This document shows positions 48,301 to 62,396 of a stretch of DNA of 64,000 nt, one piece after another. The number at the start of each line of letters is the position of its first letter. The stretch's first letter is position 1. The stretch is from Basidiobolus meristosporus CBS 931.73. Lineage: Eukaryota > Fungi > Basidiobolomycota. The translations under genes and the position numbers were made by a program. The stretch spans positions 1 through 64,000 of the forward strand of contig MCFE01000308.1 in assembly GCA_002104905.1 (NCBI GenBank), written 5' to 3'. Under the pieces are notes generated by a model. It had not been told where the DNA came from. It saw only the letters and a program-made list of their open reading frames with translations, and did no database searches.

Positions 48301-49115
48301 TTACATTATCATACACCCCCAAAACATGAAAGTGCTCATAGATACTATAACCAAGGACACAAGCCCAGGACGGGATAGGACAGCATTATTGATGGCATTC
48401 GGGTTCTTGGCTTTCGAAAGAAATAGGTGTTAGTTAAATTGATAGAAGCATCATATCAAATCAAATGAAACTTACGCTCAAATCCACTACGTTCGTAGAT
48501 ACTGAATGCCATTTGCTTATTCGCTTGAACAGTAAAATTTTTGAATGCACTATTTATCGTCATTTGGTATTGATGTCCGGCAGTTAATGGATTTTCTTGA
48601 GGCCACAGGGAAGTATTCCAAAGATACCCGGTATCGGAGCCGGTGACATTTGTTACGAAGTATTTGATGGCTTTAGCATCCACAAGTTCCATAGTCATAA
48701 TCTGAGGCCTCGCGGGGCTATCACCATATGTCCAGTTGAATTGTACTGCATCCCCTCTAACTATGAGGTACTTTTTGCTCCAGAGAAATTCAGGAGCGGT
48801 TATCTGTAAGAGTACTGAACTAGAAGCTGTGGGCTGGTTACCACTTTGTGTAGCGGTGGGGTTTGTGGAATTTCCTGAAGGGTTAGTAGTGCCAGAGGGA
48901 TTCAACGCACCACTAGTAGGGGCTGGGTTGGCTCCACTGTTAGGGCTTTCACTATTACCACCGCTTGTAGGGTTAGGATTTCCTCCGCTGGTAGGACTAG
49001 CACCACCACCACCGCTAGTGGGTTGCTGGCTAGGGGACTCATTTTGAGCGACCACGCCGGTGGCTAACAGCACGGCTAACGCGCAAGAAAGGGTGATTTT
49101 TGAGAAAAGGCGCAT
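48301..49115 (-). CDS. Secreted, probably GPI-anchored Ser/Gly/Pro/Asn-rich cell-surface protein with C-terminal Ig-like domain, 2 exons
   Basis: Signal peptide MRLFSKITLSCALAVLLATGVVA; PTSGG repeats; ITAP...GDAVQFNWTY...YLWNT. Intron GTAAGT ~48476 to CGAAAG ~48413 gives PKNPNAINNAVLSRPGLVSLVIVSMSTFMFLGCMIM-stop, a typical GPI signal. Confidence 0.8.
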
Positions 49116-50056
49116 ACGGGAATTGAGGAAGAACTCTGCAGAGTGCACAGAAAGGTCCACGGTCGGCACTTCGATTTATCATCAATCGGACGGACCAATC
49201 ACCTGGGCTCCCGTGAAAAAAAGGGACCGGTCCCTTTGTCTGTAGGAAAAGTTTAGTTTGATTTAACTAATGAATCCCGGTAGCATATTTCCTTCTATAC
49301 GCCCCAAATCCCTAATCGATCCTGGGCTATTTTTAGCCTCACCAACCCCCCCCCATGAAGAGGGTGCCAATTTGAATGGACATATAACTAATCCCATATA
49401 TGGTGATTCAATTTAACTGATGGTTCCCTCAAGCTGAAGATGGACAAATGGTTGTTGAAAATGGGTTTCGCGGAATTATTATGGAACCTTGGCGGCTCCA
49501 TGAAATCCAATACAACGCTGTTTACATATGCACCCATTATGATTGCTTCCCTAGGAATTGGTGTTGACTAGATTTCGGTCATCGAGGGACCTGGGATGAT
49601 CTCAACCAAGTGGGTACAGGTTTTCTTTAATAAAAAGTAGAATGCGATGATGTGTGAGGTCCCAAATACATAGCGAGGACAGTGATCTGCACCACCAGAG
49701 ATGTATGTATGTAACCAGGGGGGAGAATATGAATGAGGCGAACGGGCGGTGGCTCGATATTGATACTTTCAAAAACATCAATAGAAGAAGGGTCGGTAAG
49801 TTACAAAGCGACCAAAGAGTATTGTATTGAAAATGAAGCTTGAGGGAGGGAAGGATTTAGGCACCCGGCGACTGGCTTTGAAAGTTTCTATCTGTACACG
49901 AGATGGAAAGAAATTCAAAATAAGAAATGCCAAGAATAATAACGAAGTGGGATGATGGAAGTAACATGAAGAGATATACGCCTCTCCACTTGCAGCAAGG
50001 AGTTCTAAGTCATGGTGTAGCAGCCATGACCATGGATGGGCTATGTGAGGGCATGT

Positions 50057-51815
50057 CTAGCTGCAAGCCCGACAAGTGAGAATATCCAGAAGATGTCCAA
50101 CAAATCCTTTCTTCTCTTCCTGGTTGTGATTGATGGGGTTCGGGGGTGCCGATTGAGGGTTGGGTGATGAAGATGCCTGGGCATGGTTGTGTAGAGGATA
50201 GGTTTGTTTCGATAGATTGGCATTGGTCGCGGCCTGTTCGGACTGCAAAACGTTGGCTGGATGGCTGCTACCCCGAGTAGGAAGCGGGACATCGCTACTA
50301 TAACGAGGGGATTGGTGTGGGTGGCCACTGTAGCGCTGAGAGGTGGTGGCACGCGTAGTCATGCGGGCGGGGTCTAGAGGCTTTAGCACAGATTCCTTGG
50401 TATTCTACTCGCAAGGGTTACTGGTATTGTATAGACAATGATGAATCCAGAGATTACTAACCTCCATTCGTCTACTACCGTCCAAGAGCATCCAATCGTA
50501 TATGCCGTCATCTTGTTGACCAAGTCTCGATAAAACTTTGTCAAAGAGTTCACGCATATAATTGTAATTAGGAGTTTCTTCAAATCCGAGTTTACGAACG
50601 TAGGTTAAATAAGTGGCAAACTCATCTGCAGGGAGGTTTGGCGATCAGTATGAAGTCCGGCGACGGGTCGCTCAAGATGCAACAAGTGTACCTGGAAACC
50701 CTTCACACAGCTCCTTAATAGGCGTGGTTTGTTTCTTCTCACCAATTCTCTCGTACTTTTGCTTGTTTGTGGCCGCCTTCAAGCCTTGCCATGGAAGTGA
50801 GCCTCTTAAAAAATAGAAAAACACATGCCCCAGTGATTCCAGATCATCTCGGCGTGATTGTTCTGCAACAATGATGAAGAATTGAATAAAATGCTAACTC
50901 TATATCGACTTGAAATGACTTACCTCGACCAAGATGGGTGTTGATACTCATATAACGGGCAGTCCCGCTTAGACTTTTCCGCTCTCTATATGGTATGTGC
51001 TGTCGAGTCTTCGGGTCACGATACTGCTTAGCCATTCCGAAGTCAATCAAATAGACCATATTGCATTGCTTAGTATTCAGTCGACCAGTTAAAAAATTAT
51101 CGGGCTTGATGTCGCGATATATCAAATGATGGTCATGAACGGCCTCCACTCTGGTTAACTTAGGCAGATACTCAGGTTAGTGGCCGACGCAGCAAAACAA
51201 GCCTTGGTAAAGAGTAAGGATTTGGGCTGCTTACCATCTGTTTTGCTAACATAGCGACAGTCTTCACGCTGAACTTTCTTCGGCACATTTCAAATAGATC
51301 CTCCAAGCTGGGTCCTAGTAGATCGATGACTAGGAAATTGTGCATTCCCTCTTGGCCAAAGTAGTAAACCTTGGGAACACCAACTAATAGAAGGGCGGGT
51401 CAGAAGGGGCTTGGGCTCAAATCAATCTGTCGGGAAAAGGTCTTACAGGTTCCAGCTAGGGTCTTGTAGGTCCTAAATTCGTCACGAAGTTGGGGAGCAT
51501 CGCTTTTTCGAGGTTCCTAGTTTGAGGGTGGTTATGGTTAAGCGAAAACTCGTCGGTTCTAGTTGAATATACGGCCGAGAGTTCCACAGAAAAAAGATAC
51601 AAATTTGATGGCTACAGTTTGGTTATTTGCAATGTTGACGCCTACAAAACACAGAGAAGTAAGTACAGTACGCTCCAAGAAGGGCACGTAGAAGTCATAC
51701 CTTCATAAATGACCCCAAAACTTCCTTCCCCGATCTTCTTTCCAATTTTAAACTGTTCGCCAACTATGGTTGGTCCAGAGTTTGAAGAATGTGAACTGCT
51801 TGATGTATGGGCCAT
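50057..51815 (-). CDS. CK1: Casein kinase I, YCK/Cki (membrane-anchored) type, about 8 exons
   Basis: [23 protein letters not shown]|[53 protein letters not shown]|[21 protein letters not shown]. Cys-containing C-terminus LTCRACS. Confidence 0.93.
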
Positions 51816-53346
51816 AAGCTGGTATCAAGGTGCTCTGTAAGGTATATACTAAACTGGGCTCAAGCAAACTGGGAGGGACTATAGCGCTTGAGAGAGCAAA
51901 GGATGTTGTGGATATTCTGGTTGCTTTTTGCAGAACTGCCAGACACTCAAGGAAAGTCGAAGAGGAACCGATTCAAATGCAACAACGCTACCAATATATT
52001 CGCGAAAGAATAGCACTGTTCAATCTCTGCCGCAGTCTTAAAGGGGAGGAGAGCAGGGAAGAAAAGAATGGCAAGGCTTACGAAAAGACAGAGCTACTGT
52101 CTGTTAAAAGAGAAGGTGAGTTGTTCTCTAAGTGTATCAACTGGATTTTGGTGGGATAATCATGAGTATAATAAGGCATCGAAGGATCATAATTAGCGAT
52201 GATATTTAAAAGTGAATATTGCGATGGATATGGGAATGCATATAATGATAATTATGCAATAGAAACGTACGAAAATAGTGATCATGGAATCATTTCATCG
52301 GGGATTATTAGGCTAATGAAAATGCGGATGCCAGATTTGGCTGTTCCCCAAATTAATGAATGACCTGGATAATTGGTGAAAAAATCCTCTTCCAACATTG
52401 GCAATGCGATAATGGATGTGGTGAGTTGGTAGCAAGGAGGGTCAGGCGTGCGGTAAGTAATAATTAATTTGCCTGGACTGTAACAATGAAGCGTCACCAA
52501 TAATTAGCAATGGGGTTTTCATGGTACAGCGCTTGAACGTACAGAATAATTGTTATTGAAAGGTGCTCCTGAACAAGAAACAGAGAAGCCATTCCGATTC
52601 TGACGAATTCTCTGGTTACACTAATTGAAACTCCATATGATCAGGTGGTGGGTGATTTGGCTGTGTGAAAGCGACGGATTGCAAACACGGTTGCCCTTAA
52701 TTAACACACAGCTTGAAACTAATTACCTAGATGGAAGATGATTAGGGTTTGAGTGTGTGACCTGTACCACCCAGATGGCGACAAAGCTGCTGTTGAGCCA
52801 TGTCCCCAACCAATGCATTTTCATGAGTGGCGACGGCCTGAAAGCTGGTTTGGATAGATGATACAGGTACCAATATATGTGGATATATTGTGCTGTATTG
52901 CAGAGTGCCTTGTGGAGCTCGCCGGTGGGTATACCGCTGGCAAAGCAGGCGAATTGGGTGGTGCTCGCTAGCAAGCAAGATGGCCACTGGTTTTCATCAA
53001 TCACTGCGCTGGATGCGTGTTACCTGAATACACTGTGCGGAATGCAACTGCAGTATTCGTTAATCTTTGATTTATTGGACTTATGGCTTTACACAATAAA
53101 GTGAGATAGCGTGCTGTCGCCAGTCACAGTGAGGAGTGCTAGATTAACTCAAGGTGATTCTATACTTTTGCTAATATTGCTAATAAAAATTCAGGTTTTA
53201 ACTTAGAATTGCGATCGTCTCTAAAGCAGACTAAAACCAGGGGAGGGGTGAATTTACAAGATTTAACACGAGCAATCTGAGTATGCTTATTAAAAGATCA
53301 GGGTTGAAATCGTTCGCCAACACGTCACGTCATGACCCGAAGAGGT

Positions 53347-56300
53347 CTACAGTATATTCCACCAGGCGATCTCGTAGAATTGCTCTTCTCTACGTGCGAT
53401 GTAGCAGGGGATGGTATGGGAGAGCCATATCCTTCTTAGTTCATCGTAGCGGCGTTTGTTGAGGAACAAAGGGCGGCCTCGGCTGCAATACGGGGCGTTA
53501 GTATCCGATGCAGATGGGTGTGAGCACAAGGTGAATTTCTTACGTTAAGCCGGGATCAACTTCGCCATGGACATCGAGGTAGGGAGCATCCAACACACAC
53601 CCGCTTGTCCCATGTAGTAGCGCAATGATGCTTTGGTTGATTAGCATAAATATACCTACTGTCTTGCCACAGCTAGATAATAAAAATATTAATAATCCAT
53701 TGGAGTTGGTTCGAGATGGATGTGAGGCTTCTTACTTGCTCATATGTCGGTAGCATTCGCCAAGCTGATCCACTGTGCAGCAAGAGCTTTGGTAACATAA
53801 TATTCTACCGCAAAGCAAACATAAGGCTGGATGTTCGGGTATCTTTCGACAGCTGGGGCAAGTTGTGACGGTACTTTCTTGGACAAGAATATCCAATGTA
53901 CTGGGCAGTTCCACCAGTTCGTAGAGCCCAGGGAACTGAAGCTGGATTTTTGATCGCTCGTTCTTGCATTGGACTGCTATGTGCTTGCACCATCCCGAAA
54001 TCATTTTGTTCATCTGGCATGCTTCAGTCAATTCGGGGATTCGTAGGACTCTGCAGAGGCGCTCAAACTCATCATGATCATCGTCCTCTTGATTACTCTC
54101 TAGCTGGCTAGGTACGAACCCAAGACACACTTGGAATAGGATAAGCGTTTTTCTCAAGAGGGGGAGGCAAGAGATCCGAATGAATGTGCTCAGGACGGGC
54201 TGGCCTACAATGGAGAAAAATGCGGCAATTTGGGCTTCAGATTTACCCGACAGTCTAAGAACATGCTTGAAGAATTGCTGCTCCGCTGGGGTTTCTGTTT
54301 CCTCTGATGCGCCGTCTACTTGCGAGTATTTGTCATCAAAAGAATTGCTATCGCGTATGATCACAGCCTCCCAGGTCGCAATGGTCACTCGTGTAACCTC
54401 TAGAAGATAAATCACCCTAACAAGGTTGAACAAATCCATCTTGTGATGCGGGGCGACAAACACGGCCATCACCACGAGGAGGGTAAACGGGTCCTCGTAG
54501 AGGACAGGTGCTAATAGATCTAGCTTGTCATGCCCATCGTCCCATTGAAAGATCAAAAGCCGGTCGATGATATCCGGAAGACTTGGGGTAGAGAAGGATC
54601 CTTCGGGGAATTTAGCCACTTGGGGGATAGCTTCAGAGAGAATCCGCAGCACGGTCCAAGTAGGTTGGTCAATACGGTGCAGAAGTGATTCGTTTAGAAG
54701 ATTAAAGTTCTTGCTCGTTCCACCTCGGTGAGATACCTCTATGCATGATATTGTGCTGGCGAGTGCTTCTATAAGCATCTCATGTGACTCTAAACTTTTG
54801 AGGCGTTCTGCTGAGGATTCAGAACAGATGCTGTTAAGAGCATCAATCATACTCTCGTAGAGCTCAAGCTGGTTCGTTGATTGTTTCTCTTCGGGCAAGT
54901 CGGTAGATAGCGACGGATTGCTCTGAGCAATGCTTAGCGATTCTAGCAACGTTGGAACGAAGCTATTTTTTATCCAGAGCTCGAACTCCTGATCGAATTG
55001 ATAGCTTTCAAAGCTCTGCTCGTCAAACAGCGTTATCGGTATCAGTATGTTTCCGAGAGATTTGCAGAGGGGGCATAGATATTCCTTCCGAGATGCTTGG
55101 ATGTCCGATCCAGCCTGAGAAGAAATGTAGTTTTCGAAGCAATGTTGGTGCATCAAATGACCGCAAGAGGAGGCATGGATACCTTCCCGGTAGGATTTGA
55201 AAGGGTTGTCCTGGAACCTTTCGCCATTGCCAGCTATATCATTGCTCAGTGGTTTGTCCAGAGAGTCAATATGATGGAATAGGTCTCTTATGATGCCCTC
55301 ATCATCCATGGGAGTATATCTGATGGTGTTCGAAAGCTGGAAGAATCCGACCATTCCATACCAAGAGCCCTGCTCCAACTCTTCTTGACAGACGATACAA
55401 GGGCCGGACGGGTTTTCCCAGAGACGTTGCTTCTTCTTGACTTGCTGGTCTTTATCGGTATCGTCAACATCCATGTCATCATACATTCCTTTGTTGTGTT
55501 CAAGAAATTGCTGCTGGGCCTTAGCAAATTGATTCATAATGCGAGCTTGAATGTCTTGGGCAGTTTTCTTTCGAAAGTTTGCTTCAGAAGCCACTTCATC
55601 ATCCTCTTCCGTGCTCGTTTTATACCGTGCAATCGATTGGGTAACAGCCTCCTGACCGGAATGTTCGAGTGCCTGCAGAATGAACTTTGCTTTACGGTGG
55701 AGCTCGGAAAACTTCTTCAATTTGGAGCATTGGATAAGCAACTCGATCAGTGAGGCCTTCTCGACTTCTGGGCCGTTTGAGATCTCCAACTCAGAAACAG
55801 AGCAATCAACGAAGATCTTTTCAGATTTGCTGGTTTTGGAGCTGACAACTATCGTCAGAAGATGCAGGGCTTCATCTACAATGGTGATGCTTCCTTCGCC
55901 AATTTGTAATGCGTAGTGAAGGCTTCGGGTAATCATCTCATAGAACAATGGCGACTCAATTACTCTTCCCAGGCCAGCGTACGGGCCATCGTCGAGAGAC
56001 AAGAGAGCGGAAACATAGACGTTGTTATTGTTGTCGCTGGTTCGTTTCTTTAGCACTTCCTCGGCTTCATCTCGATCCTGGCGTGTATAGTGTATGAAAT
56101 AGGGATCGATCCTGTCGTAGTACTCAGGTTTGAGCTCGTACAAGCCATGGTCGGAGACACCGTCGGGAGGCCTGAAATTGGTGACCTGCTTGAGAATCTC
56201 GTCGAAAGCCTTGTACTCGGTTAGGCGCTCAGATATACGCTCTGTTAGCTCCGAGTAAGCAATAGGCTTAACGCATCCGTGGATTATTTCCCTCATTACC

Positions 56301-59100
56301 CTCTCTTTCATGGAAGTTTCGGTGATGATCAGACGCTCGGTGATGCAAGTGATAAACAAATAGAGCAGCTCCTCAACCATGACAGAGAGTTGTGGTTTAT
56401 CGTACAATGTTGAGCTCGAATTTCCATTGAACCAGTCAAGCAGTGCGTATCTGTCCACAATGGTCAATATAACCTGGTCGGGGGGTAGAAGCGAAAACGC
56501 AGTCTGAACAATCAACAAATCCAGATCAAAGGTGTTTTCCCTCAAGGATGGATCTAGATATTGCTCTGCCTAGAAATCCATTTCTATTAGAGAACTGCGG
56601 CATGCAATGCATTGAGCAATCGAAGTGGGCCAACCCCATACCTGATCCTTGATTTCGAATCCATTTCTAACCCAAATGCCAGCTCGGATCTGGGCCAGTA
56701 GGGCGCATACTAAATATGCTCATCCGGTTAGAACTAAACATCACGAATGTGGATCAATTGCAGCTACTTTACCTCTGATAGGATGGTCAAATATCAACAG
56801 CAAATCCTTTGTGTCTTCACCCGAGGCTATTTCGGCAGGAATGCCGCTTTTGACGAGATCAAACAACGATGTCCAGCTGTATTTCGCAAGCGTTTCCTCT
56901 TTCAAACACTGGACGTTCTCCAACAGGTGTCCTAAGAACCAGTGCAGAGGATGATGGAAAGAGACCGACTGGCTGTCCACCTGAAAGTCCAGGATGGTTA
57001 TCCCCCTCTCGGACTTGAAGCTAGGCGGAGAATAGGCAGAATCCCTGGGGCGAGGGAAGGTCACCCAGGAGGAGATCTGGGTGACAATGCGTAGTATGGC
57101 ATCTCCCAAGGTTTTCCCATCGTGTCCGTAGCAGCCAGCGAAATGTCGGTTGAGTTCGGCAAGATAGAGTGTGGCATTCATGGCGTTCTCGGCAACCTCC
57201 GTTTCGAACTCCACATGCTGGTCGATGTATCGCTTGGTTGGATTCATTCCCTGGAATATGGAAATGAAGTCGATGTATTGCGACAGAAACAACGGCTGGT
57301 GGGGTACAATCGATTTGACGTTTTCCGAGCAGGTAAGATACCGAAAGTCGTCAAATATATGGAAATACTTGCGACTGCTCATAGCAAGCGACTCACAATT
57401 GACCAACGCACCCATGGTATCAATCTCTATCTCCGGAAGAATCTCGCCTCGAAGGAAATAGGAACGTAGTATTGTCAGCACGGTGGTGATGAAGCTGTAT
57501 TCGCGCACAAGCATTGCAGAGAGCGTAGGCACAGTGAAGATCTGGACTGTGAACAGCATGATGGATTCTTCGAGCTCTTGGTCATATATCAGGAAGTTTT
57601 CGCAAAGTTTCGTGTATACGACGGCGAATCTGGCGGCTACAAAATTTCCACTTGGTTAGAATGGGCGTGATAGTTGTCAATGGAGATTCCCAGGCTTACC
57701 AATAAATTTCTTGAGCTCCGGGGCGTTCGCAAACAGCGAAACATAGAATTCCCTCAATGTGACTTTGGCCTCTTTCCACAAGCATGCGTCATACAGTAGT
57801 AGCTGGTCGAATCTGAGAATCTCCTGGGAGACGAACGTTGAAACACCTAGTATTTCCTTAATGTTCTCGGGCTTTTTTTCCCATGAATTTCCAAGTTCAT
57901 CGCCAACAATCTGGATCAATGAATCGGAGACTTTACCATGGTAGGCACTAGTGATTTCGCCACGTCGAGCTGAGCATAGTTCCTTTAGCCAGTCTATTAG
58001 CATGCCGGTAACTTCTTCACGAAATGTATCTCGGCCAGATCGAATTGTAACATGCAAGTCAATAGAGGATAGTGATGAAGCAACATTTATTAAATGATCA
58101 ATATCCGTTGATATAACAACTATCGCCCGCCCCTAGATTTGATACACCAACATTGTTAGCAACGTATAGCAAAGTATATGCTGGGTTAAAGACTTACGTG
58201 ACTATTGGCCTTGTTGGCAATTCGGGTGGCCTCCTTGGTGGAGTATCCTGTGGCCTTCTGAATTTGCTCAATTACTTGATCGAAATTGTGCGTTTCATCA
58301 TTCCAAAGGACACACGCGTAGGTGGTTTGCTCAACCTCCTCTTCTGAAATGTATTGACCTGATGTCGAGGCTTCCCTTCTGATACCCTCGGCACTGAAGT
58401 CTTGACTGTGCCACCTCGTTGGTGAGAGCAGGCAAGTCTCCAATATAAAGTCCAGGACAGTAGCAATCGTCTTACGCATTGCGACTAACAAATCTTCTGG
58501 GATTGAGGGATTCGTATCGAGTTCAGATTCTGTCGATGACTTATCGTCAGAGGACTCGTAATCAGGAGAGTGGTATGCGCAGTGCAGAGGAACTTTCCAA
58601 GCTTCGAAATCACCGCAATCACAGCACCCGCCAGAGCCGGAATTGATGGAAAAATTTGTATCATGATCCTGGTGGTCGGTAGCTTGAAAGCATCTTGCGC
58701 ACAGCACGCAGGTATCGTCCACTCCGCAAGTTCTGGAATTACAGAAGGCAACCGTTATTAGCGACGTATTTTTAGCGAGTTACACGGGTAGATCGGATGC
58801 TTACCTGCACCAGTAAATGGCTTCACCCTTTCTAAAGATATGTCCGCACGGCTTCCCACGATGGCTTTCAGAGTACTTGTTGTCGTTTTCGCAATAATCA
58901 CTCAGGAAAAGATCATCCTTGTCAGGGAACAGTGCCTCTTGATACTCATTATTATTTGCGCAGAGAGAAGTCAAAAAGGCACTGAGGAGTTCTGATTGAG
59001 CGGCAGGAGTAAGAATGTAATTGTGGAGATGCGAAGCTTGGCGTAAGTATTGAGACAAGGACAAATCATGGCTCAGCTTTGAACACGCGGACGATTCCAT
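53347..59100 (-). CDS. UBR1: N-end rule E3 ubiquitin ligase, multi-exon
   Basis: UBR box CGHIFRKGEAIYWCR|..DDTCVLC..CF...GGCCDCGD.EAW, ClpS-like WNDETHNFDQVI, RING-H2 CIVCQE...SCGHLMHQHCF...EYLCPLCK, C-terminal ALCLLCG...PYLDVHGEVDPGL|RGRPLFL. Confidence 0.94.
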
Positions 59101-59672
59101 GTGATTGTGCTCAATACTATAAAGATATTTGAATGCGTTACGGCCACTGATATAGTCGATATGTTGGTAGATTCAGTACTCTAATAAAGCATGAAATAGA
59201 AGGTATCTGAGAGACTGTAGGATGGCAACGGTAGAAAAGCAGATTTTAGAGGAAGAGCTAAAACTACTACTAATATCTGGTGTTGAACCCAAGAAACAAC
59301 AGTTGATCAGAAACCAGCGCCAAGTGATCAAGCATGCTTATATAGGAATGATTGTATATATATAACTTGACAATTGTTTACCCATTCAGATAGGTTGAAT
59401 TCAATGCAGATGGCAAGTGAAAAAAATCGATTGGAAAATTGATACCAATACCAAGGAAGGCCCATTGGAAAATCGAGGGTAAAAATAACATGCGAGGTGA
59501 TACTAGCCAGACTCACCCAGTCGCACAAATATTGAGTGGCCAGACTATTTAAGTCGAAGTGGCAATTATCAGGTGTATATTTTTGTATGATCATCGCCTC
59601 TATTCAATATGGAACTGCTACATTAAATCCACTGCGAGCTGAATAGCTGGCCACCAGGCCGTAAGTTACATA

Positions 59673-59750
59673 GGTAGATGGGTAGATTGGTAGATGGTAG
59701 ATGGTAGATGTGCTGATGGGTGGACGGATGGACGGGTGGATGGGTGGATG
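59673..59750. repeat. Simple tandem repeat (GGTAGAT)n grading into (GGGTGGAT/GGAC)n
   Basis: ggtagatgggtagattggtagatggtagatggtagatg...gggtggacggatggacgggtggatgggtggatg. Confidence 0.75.
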
Positions 59751-62062
59751 AGTCAGTTGTTCGAGGCGCAGTGGGGAAGCTCACCCTCGATGTTATTTGC
59801 AGACTGGTGATCCAGACAGCCTATGAAACCCACCCAGCGGATGTATGGATGTAACTTGGATGCAAGGCGCGGCTCAGCAATCTAAAGGGCAGCACTCCGT
59901 TTGATGTCCAACGGCTTCCCATTTGGACCACAGTCGGATGCATTTGGTAGCTGCTATCAGCCGGATTTGGCTACCCCAGAGACGTAGATGCTTGGTCCAA
60001 TTAGCATTCCGCCACAACCAGACATAATATATCGGTGCTACCTACCTACAATGCTAGGATTTGAGGGATGGTTTAGTTTGTGCGCCAAGTAGAGATCGCA
60101 TATATGCTGATACTCGACCCAGATGGCCCGCTATCAAGGGATCCTAACTTCCAACATCCTGCTCTGTCAGCACTGCCCGTCCACCAGTCTAATCCACCAT
60201 CACCAGCCTGAGTAACCTTGCAGTGGGTTTCCCTTTTGGTATCACTCGCCAACCATTGTCGAATTGCATTTGAATATGGAAACATGCTCACCCACCAATG
60301 ATCGCAAGATGCAAAATGAGCCCAGTACTCCATTGGGTTCTGAAGTCCATTGATGTTCCGAGATCATCGGTTGATCTCGAGGATATATGAGCATTCTGTC
60401 AATACAGATCCTCTGGAAACAACGCCTACTGATGGCGGACAACACAGCATGGAGAAGGGAAACGCTTGGTGCATTGGCATGGCACACCGCATGTAGCACA
60501 GCTACCCGTAACCCAATGTGGTATTTTTGGATGGCGGTGCGGCAGAGACTTGGGAGTGTGTTTAATGGGAAGCATTTACATTTGATTTGGCTGAACGAAA
60601 CTTGCCTATCTTACCCAAATAATCGACATTGCAAGGGCCATTTGGGGTCATTTGATGGGTTCGGAAGGGTATTTTGTAAATAGCCATATATGCTAATCTT
60701 ATCTCTATCACTCTACAGCCTGGCTCTTGCATCAAGCTCGCGGCCTTTTATGCTACTACCAATTACCTATGGCCTCTGGCTGAATATGAAGTAGTGGGCT
60801 CGTTGTCCCAAAACTATGGAATTCCCCAGCGAATTAAGTAATCCCTACCTTGGTTCTGAGTGGCAGAACATTGCTTTTTATATTTCGTTAGCACGGAAAC
60901 CATGCAACTACTGTAACGGGTTTTCTACACCCATGTTCTAGACTGCGATGAAAATCATCGTATTGTCCTTTTTCAACACGTACTATGCAGGTAGAAAAAG
61001 GGATTTGGTTGTTTACTTTTGCTTGTTGATGTGGCTGGGATAAATGGGGAGCCAGTACCTTCGGTAGCGCTCTGCGAAACCCAATGGTTGCATTTCGGCA
61101 CAGGCTGTGACAGCTTGTGGAAGGAAGCATACAACAATAGGTGGCCTCACACCAAACCTCAATAGCTCAACGCAATTAGCAAACCATCCAAGATATTACC
61201 AAATTCAGCTTGATATCGGAGCATAGAGTTAAATCATCTTGGTAATTGGCTTCGTTACTATTTGGAGCACTTGCATGCAACAATTAGCCATTTACCATGT
61301 TTTGGCCACCAGAGTGTCCATGTTTGCAGCTTATTGGCTTGCTCAATATCGGAGTAATTTCGGCAGCATCATTGATCAACTCTGAATTGCCTGCGCTGGT
61401 TGCAAATAATAAGTCATTCATGTACTACGATTTCACGTTAATATCGTAGAAATCAATCATGGAAGATCTTTTCATCAATTCTTTGGAAGATTGAAATGAT
61501 CGAATAGAACATGCTGCACCTGGGATCCTTGGGAGAGCCTCGAAAATTTTCAAAGGCCTTGCATCTTACTTCTTGACATATAAAGGTCAATGAATAGTTT
61601 AATACTCCCCTTTGGATGACTTAGGGACTTGGGAGTACTTGGTGGTACAGGAAGAAAGGTATACTATCTTCTTACTGATCTGTTGTGCTTTAGTAAGTAG
61701 TTGCACCCAGCAATATATATATTTTTGGGAATTCAATGATCCAAGAAATTAGCTAATATGTAAGCAACCAAACTTGGAGTCTTAGCACTCCAGTATAGAT
61801 AGCTTCTTTGTTATCTTGAAGCATTAATATTCTACCTATACATTGTTGTTTAGGAAATGAGTGCTGTTGATAACTTTGTACTTACACTTAGTTAGTTTCC
61901 TGGACTCTGCTCTATAAGCCCAATTATTTCATTATCAATGACGCTGTTGAAACTGACTCAGAGCATTTTCTACCAACATTCCCAGTATCCAGTGCTGTGC
62001 ATTTTGTAATCATGCCCAAGTATTTCTATTATATCGGTTTCTATAAATCTCAAACTTGAGAA

Positions 62063-62396
62063 TGTTGTAAAAATTTGGAATTCCACCTAAATACTTACCT
62101 TAGTCACTTAGAATGTCACCTACAGATTCTAGAGAATACTGACCAAATTCCTTGTTGGGATTTACTTGGAATATTTTCACCAAAGTATCAAGTACTTATA
62201 AGATGAGAATTTTCAAAGCTGTCCAAGCAGCCCCAAACTTTGCACACATGTTCTTGGGGCCTTTCAAAGCCTATTTGACATGTTTGCTAAGCCAAGGCCA
62301 TGTAAAAGTATAAATACTACTTTGACATTCAATAAATCATTGAGTGAAAACCATATAATCTACTTGTTCTCCCAGTCACTTTCAATATCTCCAAGA
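62063..62396 (+). mobile_element. Copia LTR A, last ~10 nt replaced by LTR B
   Basis: Starts TGTTGTA at 62063 and aligns with the family through CAATATCTCCAAG, immediately followed by a new TGTTGTA at 62397. Confidence 0.85.

Noticed and set aside
59900-61500. Moderately GC-rich region with several short ORFs, possibly a pseudogene
   Set aside because: No frame gave a recognisable family motif by eye.
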